DNA of 64,000 nt, taken from a virus. Lineage: Duplodnaviria; Caudoviricetes. The stretch lies in IMG/VR virus record IMGVR_UViG_3300021431_000087, positions 1 to 64,000 of that record; one strand, given 5' to 3'. Positions 7,762 to 18,433 of the stretch are shown in pieces; the first letter of the stretch is position 1; the number at the start of each line of letters is the position of its first letter. The translations under genes and the position numbers were made by a program. The notes under the pieces are model-generated. The model was given only the letters and a program-made list of their open reading frames with translations. It did not search any database and was not told where the DNA came from.

Positions 7762-10700
7762 CTATTCTGCATAGTTGTCTTGATACTCTTCTTCGGTAAG
7801 ATTGGCATACTCATTGGTACTTCCAAAATCTGCCACCCATTCCTCGCCACCTATAGCAAAGATTTTCGATGCAGCATTAACCCACGTCGTAGCCGTTCGA
7901 TAATTTCCAAGGTTTGCCGATGGAACGTATATCTTCGCCGGCCATGTGGGTGTTCCTTGCACTGTTGCAGGGGCTCCTCGCATTATCAGCACTCCTGTGG
8001 AGGTGTTGATTCTGGGTAAGTTTATGTTCACGCAATTTGGACCAATGTCATACATGGTGAGCGAAAGTGCTGGTGTAGAACCATCGGCTAAAACTCTTGC
8101 ATTTGTCACACTTGGCAATATCAATCTCTTTAAAGACCAGCATTTATAGAACATTGAACGGTTGGCGTTGATAGATGATGTGGTGCCGACAAACGCCATA
8201 GAGCGAAGGTTGACTTTGTGTAGGTTTCCACAATCACGGAAAGGGTGGAAACCCTCTGAGTTTGCTGTTTTTAGCGCATAACCCATATAACACTCCTTTA
8301 GGTTAGAACAGTATTGGAACTCGTTGGCATTTAATGTTGTGCATTTCGTAAAATACTTTCCTTCATTAAAATACTCAATCAGAGCATTAGATGCGAACTT
8401 ATTCGAGAGCGAAGTAACCGCGGCACATTGCGCCAAGGTGATACCGCTTGGAAGTTTCGTAACGCCCACTGAAACGATCTTAAACTTAACGGTAACACCG
8501 GCAACAGCACGCATGAATACTCTCAGATACTGACAGGCATTTGTACATGTCACGTATGTGTGGAACTTTCCGTCACCATCGCTGATGATTGACTCCTGAC
8601 TTGCCCAGAACTCGGCGCTTTCCCAATTCTCAGCAGTAATGGTCATAAGAGCCGTAGCTGCCATTGCAGACGTGTACTGACCAACCCAAAGACAGTTGTT
8701 TGTCGTTGCGCTCTGAGCAGGTATCTCCCACGGTGCACCTTCAAGTGTCGGGGTGGCACCTGTAACTTCCCATTCTATTCTGTATTTGACAGTCCTTGCT
8801 GCCGTTGCAGGTATTCCTGCATGAGCACCGATAGCCGTTGAACAGGCAAAGAAGTAGTCGGAATACATATATCCTTCCTCTTGACCACCTTCGAGCGTAC
8901 CTGTTCCTACTACACCGCCATGACCGCCAACGGTCTTGTCATTCGTTCCCTGACCTGTCAATACGGCGCTGTTTACGTCAGCATTATAGCCAGACAGACG
9001 GATATACTGCGCTCCTTCGGGGATAGCGAGATAGCTTGTCGTGATATTGGCGGCAGACAGGTATGTCTGCGTGTTGTCGTAGAAGGCGCTGTTTGAAAGG
9101 GCCACGCTTGCCTTGACGTTCTGATAGTCGCTGATATCGATGAAGTCAGTAGCTGTTCTACCCGTCTGCGCATCTGTCTCACCGTTGGCGTTGTTAATGA
9201 TTGTGTTAGCGGACAGCGTACCCATGTCAAGCACCTCCTCGTATGTTCCGACCATAGGTCTGTTCTTATCGTCGAGCTCTTGGAGGTCGTATGTCTCACC
9301 CCAGTTGTACGAACATATCTCCCATACTCGGTCGTCTTCGAAACCGAGGTATTTTTTATCGTAGAGGATGGTAAGGTTAGGGAAGGCAGCTACAAGGGCA
9401 TCATAGTCTTGCTCCGTAATACCATTGATATGCACCGTTCCCCTTACTATAGCCGATGTATTTCCGTCGTTGGCAATAACACCGTTTACATATGTCACAC
9501 TACCGAAGTCCATTTCCGACAGCTTGATAAGAGCCTTCACATCTGCCGTAGTAATCTCCATCGTATCATCCCACATCATCGTAACATATCCGAGTGAGTT
9601 GTTAGTCGTATCGACGATGCTCTGTAAGATAGACACGGGATTTAGCAATGGACATCGGTTGAAGTAGTAGCCTACTATCGTAGCACGTGCGGCAGGTGAA
9701 AGTGTCATATTTGCGTCAGTGAGACTACCGATGGAGTGCAGGAACAGCGTAGGCACGGAGTTGGGGAACGATACCTCATTGACTCGTGATCCTTCGGGCA
9801 GCAGTAAGCCCGTTGCCGTCGAGCCTCCGAACAAGGCTTTTCTTAACCGGGGGCAAGTCGTAAGATTGATGGCACTTGTCAGCGTAGTAACGTTCCGTGC
9901 GTCAATAACCTCAAAACACTCACCACTAACGGTTAACGTCGTAGCATTGAACTTCACCTTAGAGGAGTCAGCGTCACCGACTTTCAGCGTTTGCATACGC
10001 TTGCTTACTACTGAGAAGTTGATTTCCGATGAGCCACCACGAGAGGTCAGTACCAATCCGCTAAGGTCGCCCAACGATTGTAACCAGTCCACGCCCTTGA
10101 TGTAGTTGGTCGTTGCACCACTTGATTGTAAGGTTATCTGAGTTGTTTCGCCCGCCACGGTTCTTGCACCCTGAACGTCACCTTGCTCGCTACCTCCTGC
10201 GTTAGCAACAGGATAGAGGTCGATGGCAGGTGTGACATTGAAGGTAAACGGCATGTTTGCGGCAAGAGTAAAAGACATCTCTCCCCATCCTGCGTTTTGC
10301 CCCGTGAAAGCTCCGATACGGTACTTGGAGAACACATAGACGATGCGTCTCTCAATCCATAGGCGTTCCTCCTGGTAGCGGTCTCCCAAGGCTTGCGTAA
10401 GTGGATATACACCGTTATAGGCTTGTGTCGGGTCAATAAGCCACGGCTCAATATAGCCATATTTTCTGTCCTCCTGATAGGCTGTAATCGGGAAATACTT
10501 AGCCGAATTGGTAAAGAAATAGTACGCCATGAGGTTATACACACTCTCATGGAGGTACTGCCCTGCGATACCCTTGGAACGTGCTATTGTCTCCATAGCC
10601 GAACACATGGCAACCATATTGTTGCGAAGCTCCGTCTGGAACTCCACCCATATCAGATTCCACAGCGAGGAGTCGCAGCCCTGGAATATCTGTACTCCGT

Positions 10701-13700
10701 TATTGAGGTCTCCCGGCTCTACACTGTACTTCACTGTTCCCTGACCGTTGTTATCAGTCTTAAGGATGGAGTCGAGGTCATCCTGCTTCCACATCCAACG
10801 GCCTCCTTGTGCCAAAGAGAGGTGTTTGAAGGGGTACGAGTTCTTGGCATCGTTGTCCTTAGCGCCCGTCAGAAGCGTGTAGTTGCGGTGTGCGAGTGTA
10901 GAATCGACATCAAAGAAGTTACTCCACTCGGCACGGAATTTCGCCCTACGTGCGGCCTTGATCTGCGCTGTGGTTGGTGTCGAGGTGGTGAGGTAGGTGC
11001 TGAGATACGTCCTAATGTTCCATAGCCCATCCTGTGCGTCATTATCCTCACGTATAAGGGTGTCGAACAGCCCTGTGGAAGTGCGGTAATAGACGATATT
11101 GTAATTGCTGTCATAGAATGAGAGCAGCATATTGCTTACGCCATTTGTCGACTGACGTAGGAAGTTGTCAATATCAGCGTTGATGGCCGCTACCGACGCA
11201 TAGCCAGTATCGGCAAGGCTCTCAATCCACTGTGAGCAATGGTACACAAGGTCGTAGGCTGGTCGCCACTCAGTCTCATATAGAGCGAGGATATTCGCCT
11301 TATTCTGTGCGTTCCATTCCGCAGACTCTTCCTTCACATACTTGGTCTCATATTGGCAGAAGTCACAGTCCCATGCCTCTTGACCGCCAATCGTCAGCGT
11401 TTCCTCGTTGTTGTAGTCATAGTCAACATCTACCCACGGATGCAGGAAACGTGTTCCTCTCGGATCATGGTTCGGGCCCTCGATACACATACAGGCAGGA
11501 TAGGTTTCTCCGTCATACCCGAAGGAACTCTTACAGCCCTTGTCTGGTCCGGCCGTATAGAGTCCGATGAACTCATACGTACCATTGGAATACTTGCGGA
11601 ATCCGAGGAACGGGTACTGCCAAACGGCGATGCGCCAGTTGGCGTTCGGCATGTGGGCTTTCAGCCCCATCTGGGCAAACACCTCGTCATACATGGCACA
11701 CGCACCCATCTTGTGGCCCTGCGGGGAAGATGCGATATTCTTCTTGGCTGTGAAGCGGTCAATCTTCAAGTGCGCCTGTCCATTCTCGCCGCCGTCCATG
11801 TAGCCTTTCTTTCCCGTGAACTTAGCCACGGTCTGATAGTCACCGTTGCCGTCGGAGTAGTACCACTCACAAGTCTTGGCAAACTTTCCACGTAGATTCC
11901 AACGGTAGTATTTCTTTGAGGTCGTTCCCTGCCCATCGAGAGGTACGTGTTTTATAAGCACGTTCCACAGAGGGTTGACGCCCCAATATTCAAAACGCAC
12001 CGAGCATTGTATGGTGGTCTGATTGACGAATGATGGAATATTATCCCCGTCATTATCCGGCTCAATGACCATACAGTTATATCCGAGAGCCTTTACAAGG
12101 TCGTAGGCGACAGTAGCACCATCGAGGATGTTGTCTTTTTGGCGGACGAGCTCTCGGTCGAACTCCACGCCGTCGATGATGGCATTTAAGAAGTTCGCCT
12201 TGACCATCTGTCCTTCGAGTGGGAAGTCGTAGGCACGGAGCATATAAAGATAAGAGTCCGTCTTATCCTGCCCGAATATCATGCCCCCTGTTCCGAAAGT
12301 AGAGGTAGAGCCGAACGAGAATGATACGTTGGCTATACCATTTATATAAAGTGATGCGAGGTTGCGACCTGCCACACCAGCGTAGTTCTTTTGCAAAACA
12401 AGGCAGATGTGAGTTATTGAATCCTCGCAAAGTCCACATGACTGTAACACCTCCGAACGTTCCTGTGTTCCAAGAACCTCTACCTGTGTGGGATATACAC
12501 GGATACCCTCTACATTGCTGGAAGCGTTTGCAGTTACGAAAGAGAGAATCGGAGTATCATAATCTGCGATATTACGTGAACGCACCATAAACTCCAGTGT
12601 CATTCCCTGCTCTCCCATCAGTGTCATGGGCGAGAGTGTAGGCACTTGCACGGAGCATCCTGCGGCAGCGACAAAAGCCTTATGTCCTTCCGGGTCGGTG
12701 GCGTGGCCGTCACTTGACCACGTGAAACCTGTCGCTATCATTGGATAGTCTGTCTCCACGGCATTCTGCGCAGTATTGCGGAAGCTCTCACGGTCGCTCT
12801 CTGTGTTTGCACGTAATGCCTCGTTGATATATATCTTCGCACCAGATGTGGCGAGGAAGGCCAGTGAGTTATCGAGAGGCATCGTCACACTGTACGGCTC
12901 ACCCACGACATCACCACTCTTGGCAGTAGCGGTAGCAGTGAGCGTTCCATCCTCTGCTTGGGTGTCGACCTCGAGAGCCGTTGAATAGGTATATACCTGT
13001 CCTTCATCCACGGCAAGGGTCTGCGACGGCAGGACGTATGTTCCATCGGCAGATATGGTGGAGGCAATCTCCACGCTCGTAGCATTGACGACGGCGAATT
13101 GGAAGAGTGTTGCCTGTGTGAAGTTCACAGCAGACGCAGCCACGCTGTTGATAGTGACAAGCGGTGTGTCATCCATTACGCACATGATGTTGAATGAGAT
13201 ATGTTCCGTGGAAACTCCCTCGCCTGTCATCCACAACTCCACGGTATATACTCCAGATTCGCTCGATGCAGGGAACGCAGAGGCGGGGATGGTGTAGTTC
13301 GTGGCAATGGTGGCGTAGTTCTCGTTGGCACGATACGTTTTCGTCCACTCCGTATCACCCAACTTGACGTGCAGGGTCTTCTGGATAGAGCCACTGAAAT
13401 AGATATTGTTGATAACGTAGTCCTCTCCGACATTCCACGGAGTGTACCAACTGTGTGTACAGTTGAGCGACAGGCTTGTGAGCGTAGCCGTAAGGATAGA
13501 TGTCTTGGTCTGATTGGACTCCGTACCCGTGACGGAGACACGCACCTTGTTCGTTCCCACGGCAAGGAACGCCCTGATGTCAAAGGTAGCCGAGCCTCCC
13601 GACTGGATGTTTCCGTTGAAGCGGTTGACGTAGCCGCTGCCCGTGTCGATAGCAACTATATAGGTGTAGTTCTCTGCAAAATCCACACCTTCCTCGCCGA

Positions 13701-14112
13701 GTGCGCCAGCCTTGGTGGTCGGCGAAATGGTTATATATTTGTTCTCGTCACCCGTAAGCACGGAGAATACAGGCTCTACGTTCATCGCCACGTTGATAGA
13801 GTAGATTGTTCCGCTCAACGTTAAAGTATTGATGACCGTACCGCCTTCCTCGTCATAAAAGTAGATAGTGCCTTGCCTATAAGTGGCTGCTCCGAATTTC
13901 TCTGAAACAATAGAGCCGAGAAGAGAACGTAACTGGGCAAGTTGATCTTTGACGAAACGCTCCACCTCCCCTCGGTTCATACCCCATTCGGCACCCGCAG
14001 GAACAGTCGTGCCATGAATGTTCTGTGCAGAACTTGTGTTGTTCTTTCCTCCCCAGTCGTCGGAGAGGTTTCCAAGGAGATTACTACCTTCTATAACAAT
14101 CTTTTTTGCCAT
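7762..14112 (-). CDS. Very large tail-associated/adhesin protein: Ig-like, LamG-like, CotH-kinase-like and C-terminal BspA-type LRR regions
   Basis: 2116 aa; LamG-like 'TLEFMVR...LYING...LRAYD'; CotH-like 'GQGTTSKKY', 'DNDAKNSY', 'DDLDSILKTDNNG'; LRR_5-like 'EFQYCSNLKE', 'FRDCGNLHKVNL', 'FYKCWSLKRLILPSVT', 'KIYVP'. Confidence 0.75.
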   Translation of the reverse strand: MAKKIVIEGSNLLGNLSDDWGGKNNTSSAQNIHGTTVPAGAEWGMNRGEVERFVKDQLAQLRSLLGSIVSEKFGAATYRQGTIYFYDEEGGTVINTLTLSGTIYSINVAMNVEPVFSVLTGDENKYITISPTTKAGALGEEGVDFAENYTYIVAIDTGSGYVNRFNGNIQSGGSATFDIRAFLAVGTNKVRVSVTGTESNQTKTSILTATLTSLSLNCTHSWYTPWNVGEDYVINNIYFSGSIQKTLHVKLGDTEWTKTYRANENYATIATNYTIPASAFPASSESGVYTVELWMTGEGVSTEHISFNIMCVMDDTPLVTINSVAASAVNFTQATLFQFAVVNATSVEIASTISADGTYVLPSQTLAVDEGQVYTYSTALEVDTQAEDGTLTATATAKSGDVVGEPYSVTMPLDNSLAFLATSGAKIYINEALRANTESDRESFRNTAQNAVETDYPMIATGFTWSSDGHATDPEGHKAFVAAAGCSVQVPTLSPMTLMGEQGMTLEFMVRSRNIADYDTPILSFVTANASSNVEGIRVYPTQVEVLGTQERSEVLQSCGLCEDSITHICLVLQKNYAGVAGRNLASLYINGIANVSFSFGSTSTFGTGGMIFGQDKTDSYLYMLRAYDFPLEGQMVKANFLNAIIDGVEFDRELVRQKDNILDGATVAYDLVKALGYNCMVIEPDNDGDNIPSFVNQTTIQCSVRFEYWGVNPLWNVLIKHVPLDGQGTTSKKYYRWNLRGKFAKTCEWYYSDGNGDYQTVAKFTGKKGYMDGGENGQAHLKIDRFTAKKNIASSPQGHKMGACAMYDEVFAQMGLKAHMPNANWRIAVWQYPFLGFRKYSNGTYEFIGLYTAGPDKGCKSSFGYDGETYPACMCIEGPNHDPRGTRFLHPWVDVDYDYNNEETLTIGGQEAWDCDFCQYETKYVKEESAEWNAQNKANILALYETEWRPAYDLVYHCSQWIESLADTGYASVAAINADIDNFLRQSTNGVSNMLLSFYDSNYNIVYYRTSTGLFDTLIREDNDAQDGLWNIRTYLSTYLTTSTPTTAQIKAARRAKFRAEWSNFFDVDSTLAHRNYTLLTGAKDNDAKNSYPFKHLSLAQGGRWMWKQDDLDSILKTDNNGQGTVKYSVEPGDLNNGVQIFQGCDSSLWNLIWVEFQTELRNNMVAMCSAMETIARSKGIAGQYLHESVYNLMAYYFFTNSAKYFPITAYQEDRKYGYIEPWLIDPTQAYNGVYPLTQALGDRYQEERLWIERRIVYVFSKYRIGAFTGQNAGWGEMSFTLAANMPFTFNVTPAIDLYPVANAGGSEQGDVQGARTVAGETTQITLQSSGATTNYIKGVDWLQSLGDLSGLVLTSRGGSSEINFSVVSKRMQTLKVGDADSSKVKFNATTLTVSGECFEVIDARNVTTLTSAINLTTCPRLRKALFGGSTATGLLLPEGSRVNEVSFPNSVPTLFLHSIGSLTDANMTLSPAARATIVGYYFNRCPLLNPVSILQSIVDTTNNSLGYVTMMWDDTMEITTADVKALIKLSEMDFGSVTYVNGVIANDGNTSAIVRGTVHINGITEQDYDALVAAFPNLTILYDKKYLGFEDDRVWEICSYNWGETYDLQELDDKNRPMVGTYEEVLDMGTLSANTIINNANGETDAQTGRTATDFIDISDYQNVKASVALSNSAFYDNTQTYLSAANITTSYLAIPEGAQYIRLSGYNADVNSAVLTGQGTNDKTVGGHGGVVGTGTLEGGQEEGYMYSDYFFACSTAIGAHAGIPATAARTVKYRIEWEVTGATPTLEGAPWEIPAQSATTNNCLWVGQYTSAMAATALMTITAENWESAEFWASQESIISDGDGKFHTYVTCTNACQYLRVFMRAVAGVTVKFKIVSVGVTKLPSGITLAQCAAVTSLSNKFASNALIEYFNEGKYFTKCTTLNANEFQYCSNLKECYMGYALKTANSEGFHPFRDCGNLHKVNLRSMAFVGTTSSINANRSMFYKCWSLKRLILPSVTNARVLADGSTPALSLTMYDIGPNCVNINLPRINTSTGVLIMRGAPATVQGTPTWPAKIYVPSANLGNYRTATTWVNAASKIFAIGGEEWVADFGSTNEYANLTEEEYQDNYAE

Positions 14113-14136
14113 ATCTTGTTTCTGTTTGTTTATTGT

Positions 14137-14292
14137 TTACCACGGTTCCGACTGGAAGTATCCCTCCGACCTGAACCATGCGCTGTCATAGGTCAGCTTA
14201 CCCCATATAAGATGCCCGTTATACCACATCATTGACACGTACCTGCCGCCAATGAGCATTGACGATACCTTCTTCCCGTTAACCCAAATCAT
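14137..14292 (-). CDS. Small hypothetical tail-associated protein (51 aa, below ORF-track cutoff)
   Basis: MIWVNGKKVSSMLIGGRYVSMMWYNGHLIWGKLTYDSAWFRSEGYFQSEPW; ATGA-coupled to the upstream gene and fills the gap. Confidence 0.7.
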   Translation of the reverse strand: MIWVNGKKVSSMLIGGRYVSMMWYNGHLIWGKLTYDSAWFRSEGYFQSEPW

Positions 14293-14516
14293 TCATCCTC
14301 TACGCTATAATATGTCACACCTGCCTCCCATGTGCGGTTGGCTATCATCTGTTCCATCTGTTCCTCGGTGACGAGCACTTTATTCTGTGTGTTGATGAGT
14401 GTCGAGAGGGAGTTGCCATAGTCGTCCTTCACGGCATTGATATGTGTACGAGGAAAGATATTATTCCCATTGTCGTCCTTGATCCACTTGACTGGTATCG
14501 TTACTGTGTCTGCCAT
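14289..14516 (-). CDS. Small tail-fibre-associated protein
   Basis: 75 aa, 'IFPRTHINAV' motif typical of phage fibre segments; operon packing. Confidence 0.7.
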   Translation of the reverse strand: MADTVTIPVKWIKDDNGNNIFPRTHINAVKDDYGNSLSTLINTQNKVLVTEEQMEQMIANRTWEAGVTYYSVEDE

Positions 14517-14521
14517 ATCTT

Positions 14522-15907
14522 TTATCCTTTCATTAGGTTACTATTCTGTTGGAACATATCGCTGATGTCAGAGGACTGCACCCACGATCCGTTCGTTTTC
14601 TTCATTACTTTCGTCACCTGCTGCCATGTGCCGTTAACCTTGACGAACACCTTCTGCGCTTTTTTCCACTTACCGCCCGACTTAATCATTATCGTGTTGC
14701 CCGTGGCCACGGCACTGACGAGTATCGTATGGTCTGCCTGTACATTGGTAAGGGTGTACATGAATCCGTTTATCTCGTAGGTTACCTCCCATGAGATACC
14801 CGATATTCCACCGCCATAGTAGGCGACGGTAAACCGCACCTTCGCACTGTGCAGTTCATCAGCCGTCCATGTGCCAATATCATCCAGCGTCATCACGTAG
14901 TTGGAGGTAGAGGTAAACTCCTGCGCCGTTCCTTTCTGTGTGGAGCCGCTGTAAATGGACACCTCCGCTTTGTGGGTGGAGTCCGTAGAAGAGTTCTCTC
15001 TTTTTCCGTACAGCCTTACCTCCACGTCATTAATGACGGCACCGCTGGGAATGGCACTGAAATCGAAACTGTAATCCACATATCCCGTAGAACCGCTCGC
15101 TGCATACATATTACCCGTCGAGCTGTTCGGTTCTTCCGCACTATATCCCACGGCATAGGCTGAGTAGGACTCTCCGCCGTCAAGGCCGTTGTGCGTCTGC
15201 GACTGAGGAACGGCAGTAAGTGTGTCACTTGCACTGACGAAACTGGAAGTTACATCGTTCCCGTTATCCGTGATGACCACATCCGTCTTGCTGCTCACCG
15301 TCACGCTGCCGCTTCCGCCCTGTATCACCTCCTGCGAGGCAGGGGATATAGTAACGCCGCTCACGTCGCTCCTTGCCGTTATCTCATAGGCCGTACCGTT
15401 CAGCGAGTAGGTAATGCTGATGTCCGCACCGTAGAAATAGATGTAATAGTTGCTCGTCGTGCGGCTCGTTCCTCTCGTGCCGTGCGTCATTAGCCTTACA
15501 CCTGCGTTCACCTCGGCGGCAGTCCATGTACCAGGGGAACTTATGTCAGCGACACTCGTGCTCGTCGTCCTTATGCTCTCGCTGCTACCCTTTGCCGTCG
15601 TTCCCGAATACAACTGTATGGTGGCGGCGCTGATATAGCTTGTCGAGGAATTGCTGACGCGTGCCTTGTAGTTACAGGTGATGCTTTCTATAGTCGCACC
15701 TGCTGGCACTTCGGGAAGCGTAAACTCCCAGTACACATAACTCTCAGCACGGCTGCCACGTGTCAGGTTGATGCTCGCATAGTCGGTGCTGCTCGACCCG
15801 TCATAGCCGTTTGCCGCACTGCTGATGGCATAATAAGAGTGGTCGCTCTCATCATACCCCGTGATGTCACTTGTAATGGTCTCGTTTACGTTTATCGTCC
15901 TGCTCAT
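14522..15907 (-). CDS. Putative receptor-binding protein with two tandem beta-sandwich (DNRLRE/CBM96-like) domains
   Basis: Internal duplication 'EFTLPEVPAGATIESI...GTWTAAEV' / 'FDFSAIPSGAVINDVEVRLY...GTWTADEL'; Ser/Thr-rich; C-terminal KxxGxW repeats. Confidence 0.65.
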   Translation of the reverse strand: MSRTINVNETITSDITGYDESDHSYYAISSAANGYDGSSSTDYASINLTRGSRAESYVYWEFTLPEVPAGATIESITCNYKARVSNSSTSYISAATIQLYSGTTAKGSSESIRTTSTSVADISSPGTWTAAEVNAGVRLMTHGTRGTSRTTSNYYIYFYGADISITYSLNGTAYEITARSDVSGVTISPASQEVIQGGSGSVTVSSKTDVVITDNGNDVTSSFVSASDTLTAVPQSQTHNGLDGGESYSAYAVGYSAEEPNSSTGNMYAASGSTGYVDYSFDFSAIPSGAVINDVEVRLYGKRENSSTDSTHKAEVSIYSGSTQKGTAQEFTSTSNYVMTLDDIGTWTADELHSAKVRFTVAYYGGGISGISWEVTYEINGFMYTLTNVQADHTILVSAVATGNTIMIKSGGKWKKAQKVFVKVNGTWQQVTKVMKKTNGSWVQSSDISDMFQQNSNLMKG

Positions 15908-17847
15908 GATGTCTGTATGTATATATCTCCGTTACTGCCGAGGGAACTGCTTGGTGCTGATGAGCCCGAGTAGACCGTCACCATGGATGATGATGTCACG
16001 AAACCCGAATCATTGGTAAGGTGGCTTGTGGCCGTCGGAACGTTGAAGGACACTGCCCCCGATGATACGTTCACGGCGGTATGTGCCCCTGCCGTTGTTG
16101 TCACCTTCGTTATCGTTCCCGTGTTGCTCGTCTTGGCGTTCCATTCGGTCTTTTCCGCATCGGTCACCAGTCTGTGCGTAGAGTCTGCCGTAAGGTCACT
16201 GAGTGCCGATGGAATTGTGGTGCTTGCGGGCAATGCTCCAACCTCGCTTGCCGTATAGGTAGGCTTTGTCGCTTGTTTTGCCCATGAGGGAACAGTAGGA
16301 TCTGTCTCGGTCGTGAGATAAGTATTGCTATCCACAGAGCCATCGGCCTTTAAGAATTGAGAACTTGTTCCGCCAACAACTGATATATATCCAGTGACGA
16401 TAGAGTTTGGTCCGATGTCCGTTCCTCCATAGCTGTAAGTTATATGGCCGTCATCATTATTATCTATGTACATTTCCTCATGTACTGGGTCTTCTGAGTC
16501 TACATAGAACCCCAAAGTGATAGCATCGAACTGGACTCGCTTGCCGTAGCTCGCCGCTGTTAAATATTCGTTAGAATCAACGGAACCGTCAGCCTTTAAG
16601 AACTGTGCAGAAGTTCCTCCACTCTTAATGAATGATGCCGCTGAAATGGATGAGAAACATGTCATGGAAGACGTAGCTATTATATCATCAACAAACCTTA
16701 TTCCGCCATCACCTGCAAGTTCAAGTTCCTCGCTATTGTTCTGCCTTATCCATGAGTTTGAACTGACAAACTTCACCATTCCCGTCACCGTTCCTCCTGT
16801 CAGCGGTAGGTAACTGCCTAAATCGGATGCGTTAGCCTTGCCGTTCCAAGTTGACTTCTCCGTATCACTCACCATCCTGTGCGTCGTATCCTGTGTGACG
16901 ATACCTGCGGGTACTGCCGTTATATCAACGGCTTTGTTCGTTACGGAAAGTGGCGTTCCGTTGACCTTTACAGACTCGATGACGTTAGCCTCGCCGCCAG
17001 AAGCTCCCGAGACAGATATGTTTCCGCTGCCGAGAATAGACTCTCCGTTAATTGTCTTAATGTTCGTGCCACTCTCCAATGCCGCCTGTTTTGAGTTCCA
17101 AGTGTTTTTTTCCGTGTCTGTTACCACACGGTGTGAAGCATCGGCAGTAAGGTCGGAGAGTGCAGAAGGAATAGATACCGTTATCGCAGCGTTCTTGTTT
17201 GTAACGGGTACAGAATTGCCATTGAACGTGATAGACTCTATGACATTTGCATCTCCACCCGTTCCACCGCTGACCGATATATTCCCAGAGCCTAAGATAC
17301 TCTCGCCATTGACAGTTTTTATGTTTGAACCCGACACGAGAGCTGCCTGCTTGCCATTCCACGCACTCTTTTCCGTGTCCGTGACCGTCCTGTGGGTAGT
17401 ATCTTCGGTGAGGTCGGAGAGGTCTGTAGGCACTGAAATATCGACATTCTTGTTGGTCACCGCCTGTGCCGTGCCATTGACGGAGATACTCTCGATAACG
17501 TTCACGTCACCGCCACCACCGCTTCCTCCGCTAACGGATATGTTTCCAGAACCGAGGATGGTTTCCCCATTGATGGTCTTAATGTTCACACCGCTCTGCA
17601 ACGTGTCCTGCTTGGCAGCAAGGTCTGTTTTCTTCGCATAGTCGGAAAGGTCGACGGGCTGTCCATCCTCGTCTATATATCCACCGCTGCCATCATCCGC
17701 ACCGAGATAGGCGGCTATCTTTGTTTTCTCGATAACGGTTATTTCTTCCTCAACGAGCAGGTTGAACTCTTCGGCAGAGAGCTTTCCCTGTGCCGTTAAG
17801 CCACCATTCTGTATCTTGTTTTTTAGACGGTCTATGTTCGTTGCCAT
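15904..17847 (-). CDS. Tail fibre protein with tandem repeats
   Basis: Three ~87-aa repeats, 'YLPLTGGT', two 'GGTSxQFLKADGSVDSN', 'SHLTNDSGF', C-terminal 'GSNGDIYIQT'. Confidence 0.8.
   Translation of the reverse strand: MATNIDRLKNKIQNGGLTAQGKLSAEEFNLLVEEEITVIEKTKIAAYLGADDGSGGYIDEDGQPVDLSDYAKKTDLAAKQDTLQSGVNIKTINGETILGSGNISVSGGSGGGGDVNVIESISVNGTAQAVTNKNVDISVPTDLSDLTEDTTHRTVTDTEKSAWNGKQAALVSGSNIKTVNGESILGSGNISVSGGTGGDANVIESITFNGNSVPVTNKNAAITVSIPSALSDLTADASHRVVTDTEKNTWNSKQAALESGTNIKTINGESILGSGNISVSGASGGEANVIESVKVNGTPLSVTNKAVDITAVPAGIVTQDTTHRMVSDTEKSTWNGKANASDLGSYLPLTGGTVTGMVKFVSSNSWIRQNNSEELELAGDGGIRFVDDIIATSSMTCFSSISAASFIKSGGTSAQFLKADGSVDSNEYLTAASYGKRVQFDAITLGFYVDSEDPVHEEMYIDNNDDGHITYSYGGTDIGPNSIVTGYISVVGGTSSQFLKADGSVDSNTYLTTETDPTVPSWAKQATKPTYTASEVGALPASTTIPSALSDLTADSTHRLVTDAEKTEWNAKTSNTGTITKVTTTAGAHTAVNVSSGAVSFNVPTATSHLTNDSGFVTSSSMVTVYSGSSAPSSSLGSNGDIYIQTS
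16838..17613 (-). repeat. Three coding tandem repeats (~260 bp) in the tail fibre gene
   Basis: Unit KQxxLxSGxNIKTxNGExILGSGNISVSG...NVIESxxxNG...VTNK...HRxVxDTEKxxWN, three copies. Confidence 0.85.
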
Positions 17848-17848
17848 A

Positions 17849-18433
17849 TCATTGCTTACGTTTTATGTAAGTGTTATATTTGATTGCCGAATGAGGATTG
17901 AAGTTCACGGCTTTCACCTCGTAGCCCTTCGTTCCCCACTTCCACCAGAGGAATCTATGCTTAAACTCTTGCTTTACTGCAATAGCCAAACTGTCTCGCA
18001 CTGAGTATCTTAGTTTCCTGTTATTGTATTCAAACTCTGCCCACGCATCCTTGTAGTAGAGAGGCGCATCTTCTGTGGAGTCCTTCTTCTCGAGGGTTAC
18101 GGAATCCTTCGTTTCCGTTCCCATTTTTTGCAAGCTCAGCAGTTCCTTTGCCGCTATGCCTGCATCCTTCAGCAATACCCTGTCCTCATCAGTAAGTACC
18201 TCCTTGATACGTTCCACCTCGATGATTTTCTGAGTTACCACCTCAACAGAATCATGGATTGTGTCTTTTTTCAGCGGAACGTACTGCTGCTGACGGGCAA
18301 GTTCCTCACGCAGCATTTCTATTTCCTTTTTCAACTCACGGTTGCAGGAGGAGAAGCCAAAAGCCACGAACAGGAACAATAACCAAAATATGACCGTAGC
18401 TATGTACGGCCAAATAGCTTTGAATTGTTTCAT
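17849..18433 (-). CDS. Putative lipoprotein in lysis cassette (DUF6549-like, spanin candidate)
   Basis: Hydrophobic N-terminus ending FSSC (lipobox-like), coiled coil, follows the endolysin. Confidence 0.6.
   Translation of the reverse strand: MKQFKAIWPYIATVIFWLLFLFVAFGFSSCNRELKKEIEMLREELARQQQYVPLKKDTIHDSVEVVTQKIIEVERIKEVLTDEDRVLLKDAGIAAKELLSLQKMGTETKDSVTLEKKDSTEDAPLYYKDAWAEFEYNNRKLRYSVRDSLAIAVKQEFKHRFLWWKWGTKGYEVKAVNFNPHSAIKYNTYIKRKQ

Noticed and set aside
7762-8500. Diversity-generating retroelement targeting the LRR C-terminus
   Set aside because: No reverse transcriptase and no adenine-mismatched template repeat were seen in the window; one outside the window cannot be excluded.
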